A stretch of DNA of 61,612 nt from Candidatus Limnocylindrales bacterium. Its GTDB lineage: Bacteria; Chloroflexota; Limnocylindria; Limnocylindrales; CSP1-4. The translations under genes were made by a program, and so were the position numbers. Positions 26,396 to 35,498 of the stretch are shown here, one piece after another; the stretch's first letter is position 1, and each line of letters opens with the position of its first letter. The DNA lies in the NCBI GenBank assembly GCA_037720745.1, contig JBBJNS010000001.1, forward strand, positions 1 to 61,612, in the 5' to 3' direction. The notes beneath the pieces are model-generated. The model saw nothing but the letters and a program-made list of their open reading frames with translations. It did not search any database and had not been told where the DNA came from.

Positions 26396-27805
26396 ATGAT
26401 CAGACGGCATACGGCTGCCCTGCGCGTGGCGCTCATGGTGGTCGACGTCGCCAGTGCGATGCTCATGTTCGTCCTGGTGGCCGGGCTGCGCGTGAGCGAC
26501 CGTGACTGGACCGCCGTGATGGGCCCCGCCACGGCGCTGACGGGCCTGGCGGCCCTGGTTTACGCGGGCGGCTGGGTCGTCACGCTGTGGCTGCGAGGCC
26601 TCTACCGACTGCGCACCCGCTGGTCCATCCGGCGGGAGGCGCTGGACATCGTCACCTCGGCCGTGATCCTGGCGGTGATCACCTTCGCCGTCCTGTTCCT
26701 GTTCCGGCTCAGCGATGTCAGCCGGCTCTTCCTGCTGGCCCTCTTCCCCGCTCAAGTGTTGCTCACGCTGGGCGTGCGCATCGTGCTGCGTCGCGGCTTC
26801 GAGTGGATCCGTCGTCGCGGCGGCAACGCACGCTTCTCACTGGTAGTGGGCACCGGTCCCGCCGCGCAGGAGTTCGCCGATCGCATGGAGAGCCACCCGG
26901 CGCTGGGACTCAAGGTCATCGGTCACCTTTCTGAGCCACACGACCCGCCGCTCGTCGTGAGCCGGCCGGTGCTCGGCTCTGTGGAGGACGTCATCGATAT
27001 CCTCCATGACAACGTGGTCGATGAGGTGGCCATCTGCCTGCCGGTCACGGAGTGGGCTCTGGTGGAGCCTGTGACGCGCGTCTGCGAGGCGGAGGGCCGC
27101 GTGGTGCGCATCCCCATGGACGTGGTGGGGCTGCCCATGGAGCGCGGCATCGTGGAGGAGATCGACGGTCAGCCGGTGGTCTCGTACGTGTACGGGCCGG
27201 ATCGGGCGGTCGGGCTGCTCTTCAAGCGCGGCATCGACGTGGCCATCTCCGCCATTGCACTGCTACTGCTGGCACCGGTCCTGTCCGTCGTGGGCGTGTT
27301 GGTGCGGCTCAGCGACGGCGGCCCGGCCATCTTCCGCCAGACACGTGTCGGCCTTCACGGTCGAACCTTCACGTTGCTCAAGTTCCGGAGCATGGTGGCC
27401 GGCGCGGAAGAGCAGCTGGATGACCTCCGACACCTCAACGAGATCGAGGGCGGCGCCTTCAAGCTCTCCGAGGACCCTCGTCAGACCCGGACCGGCCGCT
27501 GGCTGCGTCGCACCTCGATGGACGAGCTTCCTCAGCTCTGGAACGTCCTGCGCGGCGAGATGAGCCTGGTGGGGCCGCGTCCGCCGCTCCCCGACGAGGT
27601 CGCCGGCTACGACTTGTGGCATCGCCGCCGACTGTCCATGAAGCCGGGCGTGACGGGCCTCTGGCAGGTCGAGGGGAGACGCGAGCCCCTGTTCGACCGC
27701 TGGGTGGCCATGGACCTCGACTACATCGACCGCTGGTCCCTCTGGCTGGATCTCAAGATCCTGCTGCGGACGATCCCCTCGATGCTTCAGCAACAGGGCC
27801 GCTGA
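26396..27805 (+). CDS. Polyprenyl-phosphate glycosyl-1-phosphate transferase (WbaP/WcaJ-type priming enzyme)
   Basis: N-terminal TM segments plus a C-terminal sugar-transferase domain. The domain reads FKRGIDVAISAIALLLLAPVL, GPAIFRQTRVGLHGRTFTLLKFRSM and DELPQLWNVLRGEMSLVGPRP. ATG 26396 is preferred, since the track start at 26330 overlaps sqdB. Confidence 0.85.
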   Translation: MIRRHTAALRVALMVVDVASAMLMFVLVAGLRVSDRDWTAVMGPATALTGLAALVYAGGWVVTLWLRGLYRLRTRWSIRREALDIVTSAVILAVITFAVLFLFRLSDVSRLFLLALFPAQVLLTLGVRIVLRRGFEWIRRRGGNARFSLVVGTGPAAQEFADRMESHPALGLKVIGHLSEPHDPPLVVSRPVLGSVEDVIDILHDNVVDEVAICLPVTEWALVEPVTRVCEAEGRVVRIPMDVVGLPMERGIVEEIDGQPVVSYVYGPDRAVGLLFKRGIDVAISAIALLLLAPVLSVVGVLVRLSDGGPAIFRQTRVGLHGRTFTLLKFRSMVAGAEEQLDDLRHLNEIEGGAFKLSEDPRQTRTGRWLRRTSMDELPQLWNVLRGEMSLVGPRPPLPDEVAGYDLWHRRRLSMKPGVTGLWQVEGRREPLFDRWVAMDLDYIDRWSLWLDLKILLRTIPSMLQQQGR

Positions 27806-29264
27806 GTCGCTTCGAGTTCCCTTCCCGCAGGGCCAGGCCAAGGGCCGTGCCCAGGACGGCGAAGACGGGGATGTTGAGCTGAGCGTAGTTCAACGGGTTG
27901 TTGAACGAGGCCATGATGGCGTAGGCGACGAGCACGCCGAAGGCACCCAGCGCGACGGCGCCGCCCCAGACGACGGCCCGGGTCAGCTGCCAGAGGGCTG
28001 TGAGGGCCGCCACCAGGAACACGAGGCCAGCCGTCCCCACGATGACGCCCTGCTCGGCATAGAGGCGCAGCCACTCGTTGTGTGGTGCGGATTGGGCTGG
28101 ATCCCCGAACTGCGCGTGGAGCAGAACGTATGAGCGGAAGCCATGACCGATGAGAGGCGAGTCCAAGGTCATCCTGATGGCCGCCGCCCAGCCGCTGGCG
28201 CGCACCGAATCGCCCACCGTGAAGAACCCCTGGAGGATGCCCTCGACCCCGGCCAGCGGGGTCCCGGCGCGCTGTTCCAGGTAGAGCGGCACCAGGATCG
28301 CCGCACCCACCACTGCGACGAGCAGCATCACGATGGCGGCGGAACGACGGATGTACCAGGCGTACGAGACGGCAACCGCCGCCAGGGCCAGGACCGCCGA
28401 GCGACTGAAGGTCAGCAGCACGCCCAGGGCCACCACGGCCAACACGGCTGAACCGGTCAGCCACACGGACAGCGACCGGCGATGCATCATCCAGGCAGCC
28501 ACCAGGCAGGCCGCTAGCAGGGCCAGCATGGCCATGGCGTTGGGCGCGGACATGATGCCCCTCAGCCGCAGGGGCTCCTCGTCCACGGCGATCAGCCAGC
28601 CCAGTGGTGTCGAGACGATCAGGCTGGGCAGTGCCTCGTGTAGAAGGCCGATGCACACTGCGATGGCTGCCGCTGCGGCAGCACCGGCTGCGACCAGGCT
28701 CGCGCGTGACCCTCCCTGGCTCCCGAAGAAGACGCCGATGAGCAGCACCACCAGAGCCATGCCTGTGCCCGTTCCCCATAGTTCCGCCGCCTCGTAGCCC
28801 GCCGCCGGTCCGAAGCGGACGGTGGTGTGGATCACGCCGAGGCCCGTTCCGAAGAACACGACCGCTGCCGCAGCGAGAGCAACGCCGGCCGGCGTCCGGA
28901 GCGCAGGCAGTTCCGCCAGGGCGCCGCGTGCTCGCCACCATTCGGGAAGTCGCGCCAGCGTCCGAACGGCCTCGGATATGACCAGCGAGCCCTCCAGGAC
29001 CGCGCGGCCGCCGGCCTCGGTGCCCAGCACGGACCAGTCATCGAAGGGACCCAGAGCGACGGCCGCAAGGAACCCGGCCAGCGGCGAGAAGAGCGCCACG
29101 AGGGAGGCCAGAGCCGCCCATACCTCGGGTACAGGGCTGCCCATGCCCGCGGAACGAAGGATGACGAAGGCGGCCACGAGAAGGGCGGCCAGCGCCGGAT
29201 CGCGGGAGGACCACGAGGTCGACCGAGGCCCGGTCACGGTCCTGCTGCCACCGGTCGCCGCCAT
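27753..29264 (-). CDS. O-antigen ligase/polymerase family membrane protein (Wzy_C domain), canonical copy
   Basis: Polytopic, with the motif SAPHNEWLRLYAEQGVIVG. ATG 29264 is preferred (MAATGGS..) because of the adjacent -10 box. The track ORF to 29573 is an upstream extension. The 3' end overlaps the priming transferase by 53 nt. Confidence 0.75.
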   Translation of the reverse strand: MAATGGSRTVTGPRSTSWSSRDPALAALLVAAFVILRSAGMGSPVPEVWAALASLVALFSPLAGFLAAVALGPFDDWSVLGTEAGGRAVLEGSLVISEAVRTLARLPEWWRARGALAELPALRTPAGVALAAAAVVFFGTGLGVIHTTVRFGPAAGYEAAELWGTGTGMALVVLLIGVFFGSQGGSRASLVAAGAAAAAAIAVCIGLLHEALPSLIVSTPLGWLIAVDEEPLRLRGIMSAPNAMAMLALLAACLVAAWMMHRRSLSVWLTGSAVLAVVALGVLLTFSRSAVLALAAVAVSYAWYIRRSAAIVMLLVAVVGAAILVPLYLEQRAGTPLAGVEGILQGFFTVGDSVRASGWAAAIRMTLDSPLIGHGFRSYVLLHAQFGDPAQSAPHNEWLRLYAEQGVIVGTAGLVFLVAALTALWQLTRAVVWGGAVALGAFGVLVAYAIMASFNNPLNYAQLNIPVFAVLGTALGLALREGNSKRLSGPVAEASRGSSAAGS

Positions 29265-29272
29265 GCCCGGGC

Positions 29273-29278
29273 AGGATA
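29273..29278 (-). promoter_or_regulatory. -10-like TATCCT, 8 nt upstream of ATG 29264
   Basis: Forward aggata at 29273-29278. Confidence 0.4.
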
Positions 29279-29296
29279 GCGGCATCGACCGACTGC

Positions 29297-29302
29297 TAGA
29301 CT
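29297..29302 (+). promoter_or_regulatory. -10-like TAGACT upstream of the epimerase gene (about 30-nt leader containing the SD sequence GGGAGGGA)
   Basis: Read directly. ATG 29334 is preceded by gggaggg. Confidence 0.4.
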
Positions 29303-29333
29303 CGGCCGCGCTCCACCGGAGCTCACGGGAGGG

Positions 29334-30314
29334 ATGGACACGAACGCCGCGCGACGCATCCTCGTGACCGGCGGGGCCGGCTTCATCGGGGCTTCCCTGG
29401 TGCGCGCCCTGGAGGCCGCCGGTGACAGGGTGACCGTGGTGGACGACGGCCGCGCGGCGGGCACCGCCTTTGTGCGCGGTACGGCGGCACCGGTCGTGTC
29501 GGGTGACGTCGGGCGGCTGAGCGCGAATGGCGAGATGGAGCGCCTGCTGGCCGGCACCGATGCGATCGTGCATCTGGCGGCACGGACGGGGGTGCCCGCC
29601 TCCATCGCTGATCCGGCGGCCGACTGGGCCGACAACGTGGTGGCCAGCCTGGCCCTCCTTGACCTCGCCCGGCGGAGCGGCGTGGAGCGCTTCGTCTTCG
29701 CCTCCTCCAACGCCGCCGTGGGCGCGGCAGAAGGCCCCATCAGCGAGAACACGGTCCCGCGGCCGACCTCACCGTACGGCGCCGCCAAGCTCGCCGTGGA
29801 GGGCTACCTCTCGGCCTTCGCAGACTCTTATGGGATGGCCAGCGTGGCCATCCGCTTCGCCAACGTCTACGGTCCGTACGCCCTGCACAAGCGAAGCGTC
29901 ATCGCCTCCTTCCTGCTGGCCGGGCTGCGGGGTCGACCACTGACCGTCTACGGCGACGGCAGCCAGGCCAGGGACCTGGTGCACGTGGACGACCTGGTGA
30001 GTCTCATCCGCGCCTCCCTGGATGCACCGTCCGAGCGCGTGGCGGGCCGCATCTTCCAGGGTGGGAGCGGTGTGCGCACGCCCATCGGCGAGCTGGCCAC
30101 CCTGGTCAGTGACGTGCTGGGAGGAGAAGTGCCGGTCGTCCATCAGCCGGCGCGCACGGGTGACGTGGCCGGCGCTGCCTGTGACCTGTCGCTGGCCACG
30201 GAACTGGTCGGGTACCGGCCGCAGGTCGAGCTTCGTGCGGGCATCACCAGCGTGGCCGGATGGTTCCGAGCGGCCCTTCAGGATCCCGAGCTCGCGGCCC
30301 TGGCCGACCGGTGA
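29334..30314 (+). CDS. NAD-dependent nucleotide-sugar epimerase/dehydratase (GalE/UXS-like SDR)
   Basis: 326 aa with motifs ILVTGGAGFIGASLVRAL and SPYGAAKLAVEGY. Confidence 0.8.
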   Translation: MDTNAARRILVTGGAGFIGASLVRALEAAGDRVTVVDDGRAAGTAFVRGTAAPVVSGDVGRLSANGEMERLLAGTDAIVHLAARTGVPASIADPAADWADNVVASLALLDLARRSGVERFVFASSNAAVGAAEGPISENTVPRPTSPYGAAKLAVEGYLSAFADSYGMASVAIRFANVYGPYALHKRSVIASFLLAGLRGRPLTVYGDGSQARDLVHVDDLVSLIRASLDAPSERVAGRIFQGGSGVRTPIGELATLVSDVLGGEVPVVHQPARTGDVAGAACDLSLATELVGYRPQVELRAGITSVAGWFRAALQDPELAALADR

Positions 30315-31642
30315 CCGCTGGGAAGTCGCCTCCGGCGAGTCGATCCCTGGTGCGTGAGGCGGCCACCACGGTCGGTGCCCGCTTCCTGCTGGCGGCCCTC
30401 ATCCTGGCCACCGACGTGCTGCTGGCCAGGACGTTGGGCGCGGACGCCAAGGGGCGCTTCACGCTCGTTCTGCTTCTTTCGCAGCTGTCAGCGCTGGCCA
30501 TCGGACTGGGCTTGGACCGGGCCATCGGCGTGGCGGTGGCTCGATCGGCGGCGGCCGCCCGTGCCAGCCTGGCCAACGCCCTCGCCTGGACCGCCGTGGT
30601 GGGCGGTGCCGCCTCACTGGCCGGTCTGGCCCTGGCGGCCAGCACAGCGGTGCCCAACCTGGCTGCCAGCGACGTCCTTTTCGCGGCGTTGGCGCTGCCC
30701 CTCGAGCTGCTCATCTCCATGGGCCTGCTGGCCCTCCTTGGGCGGCGGCTGGTTGGTGCCTACAACGCTACGCGCCTCTTGCGCCGAGCGGTGCTGCTCA
30801 CGGGCCTGGGCATCGTGGCCCTGGCCGGCCTGGATCTGCGTGCTGCGCTGGTCGCCAACCTGGTGGCGCTGGCCCTGGGCGTGCTCCTGGTCTTCGTCGC
30901 ACTGCGCCGCGACGGCGTGTCGCCGGCACGGCCGGGGAAGCACCTGCTGGCCGACCAGCTGCGCTACGGGATCCGCTCCTGGCCCGGCTCTCTCGCCGAG
31001 CGTCTCCAGTTCCGTGCCGACCTCTTCCTGGTCAACGCGCTGGTGGGCGTGACCGCGACTGGCGTCTATTCCGTGGCCACATCCGTGGCCGAGACGCTGT
31101 GGTACATCCCGGCAGCGCTGGGTGTGGTCATCTTCAGCCGCGTCGCGGCAGGCGGCCTGGATGCTGCGCCGCTGACGAGTGCCGTCACTCGCGTGACGCT
31201 GGCCTTCGGCCTGGTGGTCGGCGCGGCCGCCCTGGTCATCGCTCCCATGGGCGTGGAACTGCTGTACGGAGCGCCCTTCCGCGACGCTGGCCCGGCCCTC
31301 CAGTTGCTGCTGCCTGGCATCGTCGCCTACGGCGTGGTCTCCGTGCTCTCGCAGTTCCTGCTGGCGGCGGGGGCGCCCGGCCGCTCCACCCTGGTGCTGC
31401 TGGCCGGACTGACCATCAATCTGGTGGCCAACGCCCTGCTCATACCGCGCTTCGGCATCATGGGTGCGGCCATGTCTTCCTCCATCTCCTACACCATCAC
31501 CGCCCTGCTCATGGTCCTCGCGTTCCATCGACTGACCCATCAGCCCCTGCGGGACACGCTGCTGGTGCGACGCAGCGATCTGCGCCGTCTGGTGGAGCGC
31601 TTGGACAGTCGATCGATGGGGAGCGCGGCTCGTGGCGCCTGA
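30311..31642 (+). CDS. MOP-superfamily polysaccharide flippase (Wzx-like), copy 2
   Basis: Polytopic, about 443 aa. GTG 30311 overlaps the upstream TGA (GTGA). The track start is 30260. Confidence 0.75.
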   Translation: MTAGKSPPASRSLVREAATTVGARFLLAALILATDVLLARTLGADAKGRFTLVLLLSQLSALAIGLGLDRAIGVAVARSAAAARASLANALAWTAVVGGAASLAGLALAASTAVPNLAASDVLFAALALPLELLISMGLLALLGRRLVGAYNATRLLRRAVLLTGLGIVALAGLDLRAALVANLVALALGVLLVFVALRRDGVSPARPGKHLLADQLRYGIRSWPGSLAERLQFRADLFLVNALVGVTATGVYSVATSVAETLWYIPAALGVVIFSRVAAGGLDAAPLTSAVTRVTLAFGLVVGAAALVIAPMGVELLYGAPFRDAGPALQLLLPGIVAYGVVSVLSQFLLAAGAPGRSTLVLLAGLTINLVANALLIPRFGIMGAAMSSSISYTITALLMVLAFHRLTHQPLRDTLLVRRSDLRRLVERLDSRSMGSAARGA

Positions 31643-32903
31643 GGCCGGGGTGGCAGAGCGAGGGAGCGGCCGGGCGAGGCGCCAGCGCGGCCCGGTCCGG
31701 CTGACCATCATCGACGACAACCCCTTCCTCCGTGAGCCTGACGGGCAGTTCCGGCCACGTGCCGCGACCTTCCACCGCTTCGCCGAGGCCGTGGTGCGAG
31801 CGGGGCCGTTCGGCGTCGCAAAGTACGTCATCCCGGTGAGCGCAGACGCGCGTGACGGCACGGAGCAGGCGACCGCACTGGGCACGGAGCAGGCGACCGC
31901 ACTGGGCACGGTCGACGAGTCCCTGCTGCATATCGTGCCCAGTGCCCCCTTCGAGGGTGCGGCGGGCTACCTGCGCCGCCTGCCCTGGATGTGGCGCCAC
32001 AACCTGCCCCTGCTGCGCGAGGCGCTGCACGGCGAGCACCTGGTCTGGATCAAGGTGCCGGGTTCCAACGGCGCGGCAGCCGCCCTGGTGGCGGACGCGC
32101 TGGGCGTGTCACGTTTCGCGTACGTCGTGGGCAGCGTCAGCGAGGTCGTCGCGGCGAGCCCGCGCACGGGACTGGCACGCACCGCTGCCTTGGGGGCCGC
32201 CGCTCTGCACGATGGCACGACCACCATGCTGACGCACACGGGACCCAGCCTGCGCCTGGGCCCGGAACTATTCACGAGCGCCATCGATGAGGTCGAGCTG
32301 CTTCAGGCGGTCGGTGAGCGGGACCGTCGCACGATGGATGAGCCTTGGCGGATCGCCTGGGCGGGGCGGATGGCGCCGGAGAAGGGACTGGCCACGCTCC
32401 TGAGGGCCGTCACGCTGCTCGTCGCGACCGGTCGGGACGTGCGACTCAGCCTCATCGGTGACGGACCCGAGCGACCACGCCTGGAAGCTCAGGCACGCAC
32501 GCTGGGTATCACCGATTCGATCAGCTGGGAAGGGTACGTCGGCGAGCGGGAACGCTTTGTGGCGATGCTCCGCGAAAGTGACTTGTTCGTGCTGCCATCA
32601 CTGACCGAGGGTGTGCCCAAGGTCCTGCTGGAGGCGATGGCCTGCGGCCTACCGGTGGTCGCCTCGGCCGTGGGAGGCATCCCCGCCCTGCTGGGTGACG
32701 GTGACCGGGGACGGCTCCTGCGCGCGGGCGATGAGATCGACCTGGCCGCGGCCATCCGCTCGGTGCTGGAAGATCCCTCCGTCGCCCGAACGTTCCGTGA
32801 GCGCGGCGTGGCCTGGGCCGCCGACCACACCGCGCAGCGACAGGCCGAACGGATGGTGGACTGGATGCGCGCCACCTTCCCGGCACTCCCCTGGCCCGTC
32901 TGA
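31632..32903 (+). CDS. GT4-family glycosyltransferase
   Basis: C-terminal motif EGVPKVLLEAMACGLPVVASAVGGIPALL. The N-terminal half is atypical and contains a duplicated octapeptide. Confidence 0.75.
   Translation: MAPEAGVAERGSGRARRQRGPVRLTIIDDNPFLREPDGQFRPRAATFHRFAEAVVRAGPFGVAKYVIPVSADARDGTEQATALGTEQATALGTVDESLLHIVPSAPFEGAAGYLRRLPWMWRHNLPLLREALHGEHLVWIKVPGSNGAAAALVADALGVSRFAYVVGSVSEVVAASPRTGLARTAALGAAALHDGTTTMLTHTGPSLRLGPELFTSAIDEVELLQAVGERDRRTMDEPWRIAWAGRMAPEKGLATLLRAVTLLVATGRDVRLSLIGDGPERPRLEAQARTLGITDSISWEGYVGERERFVAMLRESDLFVLPSLTEGVPKVLLEAMACGLPVVASAVGGIPALLGDGDRGRLLRAGDEIDLAAAIRSVLEDPSVARTFRERGVAWAADHTAQRQAERMVDWMRATFPALPWPV
31857..31911. repeat. Perfect 2 x 24-bp tandem duplication plus a 7-nt partial third copy (ggcacggagcaggcgaccgcactg)
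   Basis: 31857-31880 is identical to 31881-31904. It lies in frame and encodes GTEQATAL x2. Confidence 0.9.
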
Positions 32904-33081
32904 TGAACGATCCCTGTACGCGGCCTCTCGACCGCTTGGAACCCTATCGTCTACCGATGGGGGCGGTCATATGTGAACGATCGCGTCGCAGAGTCATGTG
33001 CGATGCCCACCAGTCGGGGTCGAACGAGCGCGGAGGAACGGCGGGACGAAGGGTCCCGAGCCCTGCTGATGCACGACGGGC

Positions 33082-34335
33082 ATGGCCCAGTCGTTTACTA
33101 CCGCCCCGAACCGTAAACGACAGGAACGTCGGCCCTCCATCCGTGGCACCGGCCTGATGGCCCGTCGTCTCTTCTGGGCAGCCACGGGGCTGCTCGGCTG
33201 GGTCTATGCGGGCTATCCGCTGGCAGCCTACGCGGCCGGACGCGTGCGGCCGGTCATCGTCACCGCCGTGGAGCCGCCGGTGGCCAGCGTGACCGTGGGC
33301 ATCGCCATCCACGACGAGGCCGAAGAGATCGCCGCGCGCATCGCCGATGTGCTGGCACAGGAGATCGACGCCTCGCTGGAGGTGATCGTAGCTTCAGATG
33401 GCTCCACCGACGGCAGCGACGAAGTGGTCCGAGCGCTGGCCGCGGCCGACCCCCGCATCAGGCTGCTGTCGCTGGCACGTGCCGGCCAGACCGCGGCACA
33501 GAACCGGATACTGGCCGAAGCGCGTTCCGAGATCGTGGTGCTGACCGATGCCGAGACACGCTTCGAGCCCGGTTGTCTTGCGGCGCTGGTGGAACCGTTC
33601 GCCGACCCGCGTGTGGGCGCCACCACGGGGGTCTTGCTGTGGCGCAACCTGGGCGACACGCAAACTACCCGCCACGAGGGCATCTACTGGCGTTACGAGC
33701 AGTCAGTGCGCGGCGCGGAGAGCCGCGCCGGCTGGCTCACGGCCGCCACGGGCGCGCTGCTCGCCCTTCGCCGCGAGCTGATCGGTACCGTGCCGGAGCA
33801 CAGCTCCTTCGACCACATCGCGCCCCTCCAGGTGCGTGAGGCCGGTCGTCTCATCCTGGCTGTCCCGGAGGCTCGGGCCACGGACCGCGTGGTGGCCGGT
33901 CTGGGTGATCAATTCCGTGCCCGTTCGCGCACCGCCACGCGAGGCATCGCCGCCAACCTGGCCATGGCCCGTCGCCTGCCACCGTGGCGCAGTCCCAGCG
34001 CGGCCATCGCCATCTGGTCGCACAAGATCCTGCGCTGGGCGTCGCCCTGGGCCGTGCTGCTCGCCTGCGGCGCAGGGCTGTTGCTGACCTTGCGGGGCCA
34101 ACGCCGGTACGCGGTGGCGCCGGCAGGCGCGGCTGCGGCCGTCCTCACGGCTACCTGGGAGTACCGTGCCAGGAAGGCGTCGCGGCCGGGTACTCGCATC
34201 GGGACCGCAGCCCTGGCCATCGTCGCCGTCAACGCCGCCTTCCTGCGAGGCTGGCTCAACCTCCTGGCACGTCGGCGCATCTATGTCTGGCAGGGCCATC
34301 ACTGGCAGGCTCAGGGTACGCCGAAGCAGCCCTAG
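33082..34335 (+). CDS. GT2-family glycosyltransferase with flanking TM segments
   Basis: Motifs are VTVGIAIHDEAEEI, VIVASDGSTDGSDEVV and VVLTDAETRF, followed by C-terminal TM helices. The true start may be ATG 33157 (MARRLFWAATG). Confidence 0.8.
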   Translation: MAQSFTTAPNRKRQERRPSIRGTGLMARRLFWAATGLLGWVYAGYPLAAYAAGRVRPVIVTAVEPPVASVTVGIAIHDEAEEIAARIADVLAQEIDASLEVIVASDGSTDGSDEVVRALAAADPRIRLLSLARAGQTAAQNRILAEARSEIVVLTDAETRFEPGCLAALVEPFADPRVGATTGVLLWRNLGDTQTTRHEGIYWRYEQSVRGAESRAGWLTAATGALLALRRELIGTVPEHSSFDHIAPLQVREAGRLILAVPEARATDRVVAGLGDQFRARSRTATRGIAANLAMARRLPPWRSPSAAIAIWSHKILRWASPWAVLLACGAGLLLTLRGQRRYAVAPAGAAAAVLTATWEYRARKASRPGTRIGTAALAIVAVNAAFLRGWLNLLARRRIYVWQGHHWQAQGTPKQP

Positions 34336-35498
34336 TCCATGTGCGAGCCGACCCAACCCCGCACGGCCCTGTTCTTAAGCTTCGATGAGTCCTTCGGGTA
34401 CGTCAGCACCTTGGCGTAGGAGGGCGGCACGAACACGATCCTATCCGAGCTGTAGGCGATGGCACCAGCGAGCTTGCTGCGCAGCCACGAAACGTCCTCC
34501 CAGCCGGTCGGCAGGCTGGTGGTGACGTGGCTGAGAGAGGCGGAGCGAAGGCTGCTCAGGTCAGCCCCACCGGAAGCCACTTTGCGTATGGCGGCGAGGA
34601 CCAGGCCCTGCTGACGGCGCACACGTTGCGCGTCGCTGTTGGCGGCACTGCCTACGGTGCCCTTGCGGCTGCGCACATAGACGATGCCGCGCTTGCAGTT
34701 CATGGCTGTGCCCGAGCAGCGCTTGGCTGCCCATCCCCGCAGGTTCCAGCCGTATGCCGTGGGGAACTGGATGCCGAAGGGCGGCGAAGCTGAGTCTTGA
34801 TAGTTCGGATCGACGATCCGCGCAGGGATGTCCACGGACACTCCACCGACGTTGTCCATGAGCGCATCGAAGCCGGAGAATCGCAGGTAAGCGTAGTAGT
34901 CGATCTCCATGCCCAGCGCGAAGGCGACGTCCTTCCTGAACTTGTCCAGAGCGGTGCGCTCGATGACGCCGTCTGCCTGCCGCTTGTACCCGTCATACAG
35001 GAGGTTGACGCGCAGCGCTCCCGAGTCCTTGGCCGTCCCACTGCGGTTGTCCGGATGGACGGGGAAGTAGGCTACGTCACGGGGGATGCTGGCCATGGCC
35101 AGGCGCTTGGTGGCCAGATCGAGGGACGCCACCATCATCACGTCCGTGTGTTCCGTGTAGCGATAGCCCGTGCGGTAGTCCGAGCCCAGCAACAGGACGG
35201 TCAGACGGCCGTCGCTGCCGGCACTGACCGCGGACGGCGAAGCGGCGGCGGCGGCGGCCTCATCGAGCGCGCGCGAGATGTCACTTCGCAGCGCCTCAGC
35301 TCCCTGAGCGAGCGATGCCCCGAGAGAAGTCCCTGATGGTCTCAGCGCAAGCGCGTCTTCGGGAAGCGGGCTGCCCGATGAAGCCGGGGCGCGCTGAGCT
35401 AGCTCCGCCTCCGAAGCCGTGACACCCATCCCCGGCAGCGCTGCGACCAGCAGGCCAGCCAGGAAGACGCCACCGAACCGTGTGCGCGATCCGGTCAT
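34332..35498 (-). CDS. LCP (LytR-CpsA-Psr) family glycopolymer ligase, paralog 1
   Basis: Motifs are LLLGSDYRTGYRYTEHTDVMMVASLD and MASIPRDVAYFPV, with an N-terminal TM segment. ATG 35498 shares 1 nt with the upstream TGA. Its stop overlaps the GT2 stop within CTAG. Confidence 0.85.
   Translation of the reverse strand: MTGSRTRFGGVFLAGLLVAALPGMGVTASEAELAQRAPASSGSPLPEDALALRPSGTSLGASLAQGAEALRSDISRALDEAAAAAASPSAVSAGSDGRLTVLLLGSDYRTGYRYTEHTDVMMVASLDLATKRLAMASIPRDVAYFPVHPDNRSGTAKDSGALRVNLLYDGYKRQADGVIERTALDKFRKDVAFALGMEIDYYAYLRFSGFDALMDNVGGVSVDIPARIVDPNYQDSASPPFGIQFPTAYGWNLRGWAAKRCSGTAMNCKRGIVYVRSRKGTVGSAANSDAQRVRRQQGLVLAAIRKVASGGADLSSLRSASLSHVTTSLPTGWEDVSWLRSKLAGAIAYSSDRIVFVPPSYAKVLTYPKDSSKLKNRAVRGWVGSHMD

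Noticed and set aside
32903-33157. 84-aa ORF filling the gap before the GT2 gene
   Set aside because: It has no motif and poor coding character, and it overlaps the likely GT2 5' region. The gap is more plausibly non-coding leader or promoter DNA. The repeated tgaacgatc (32905 and 32973) is too short to interpret.
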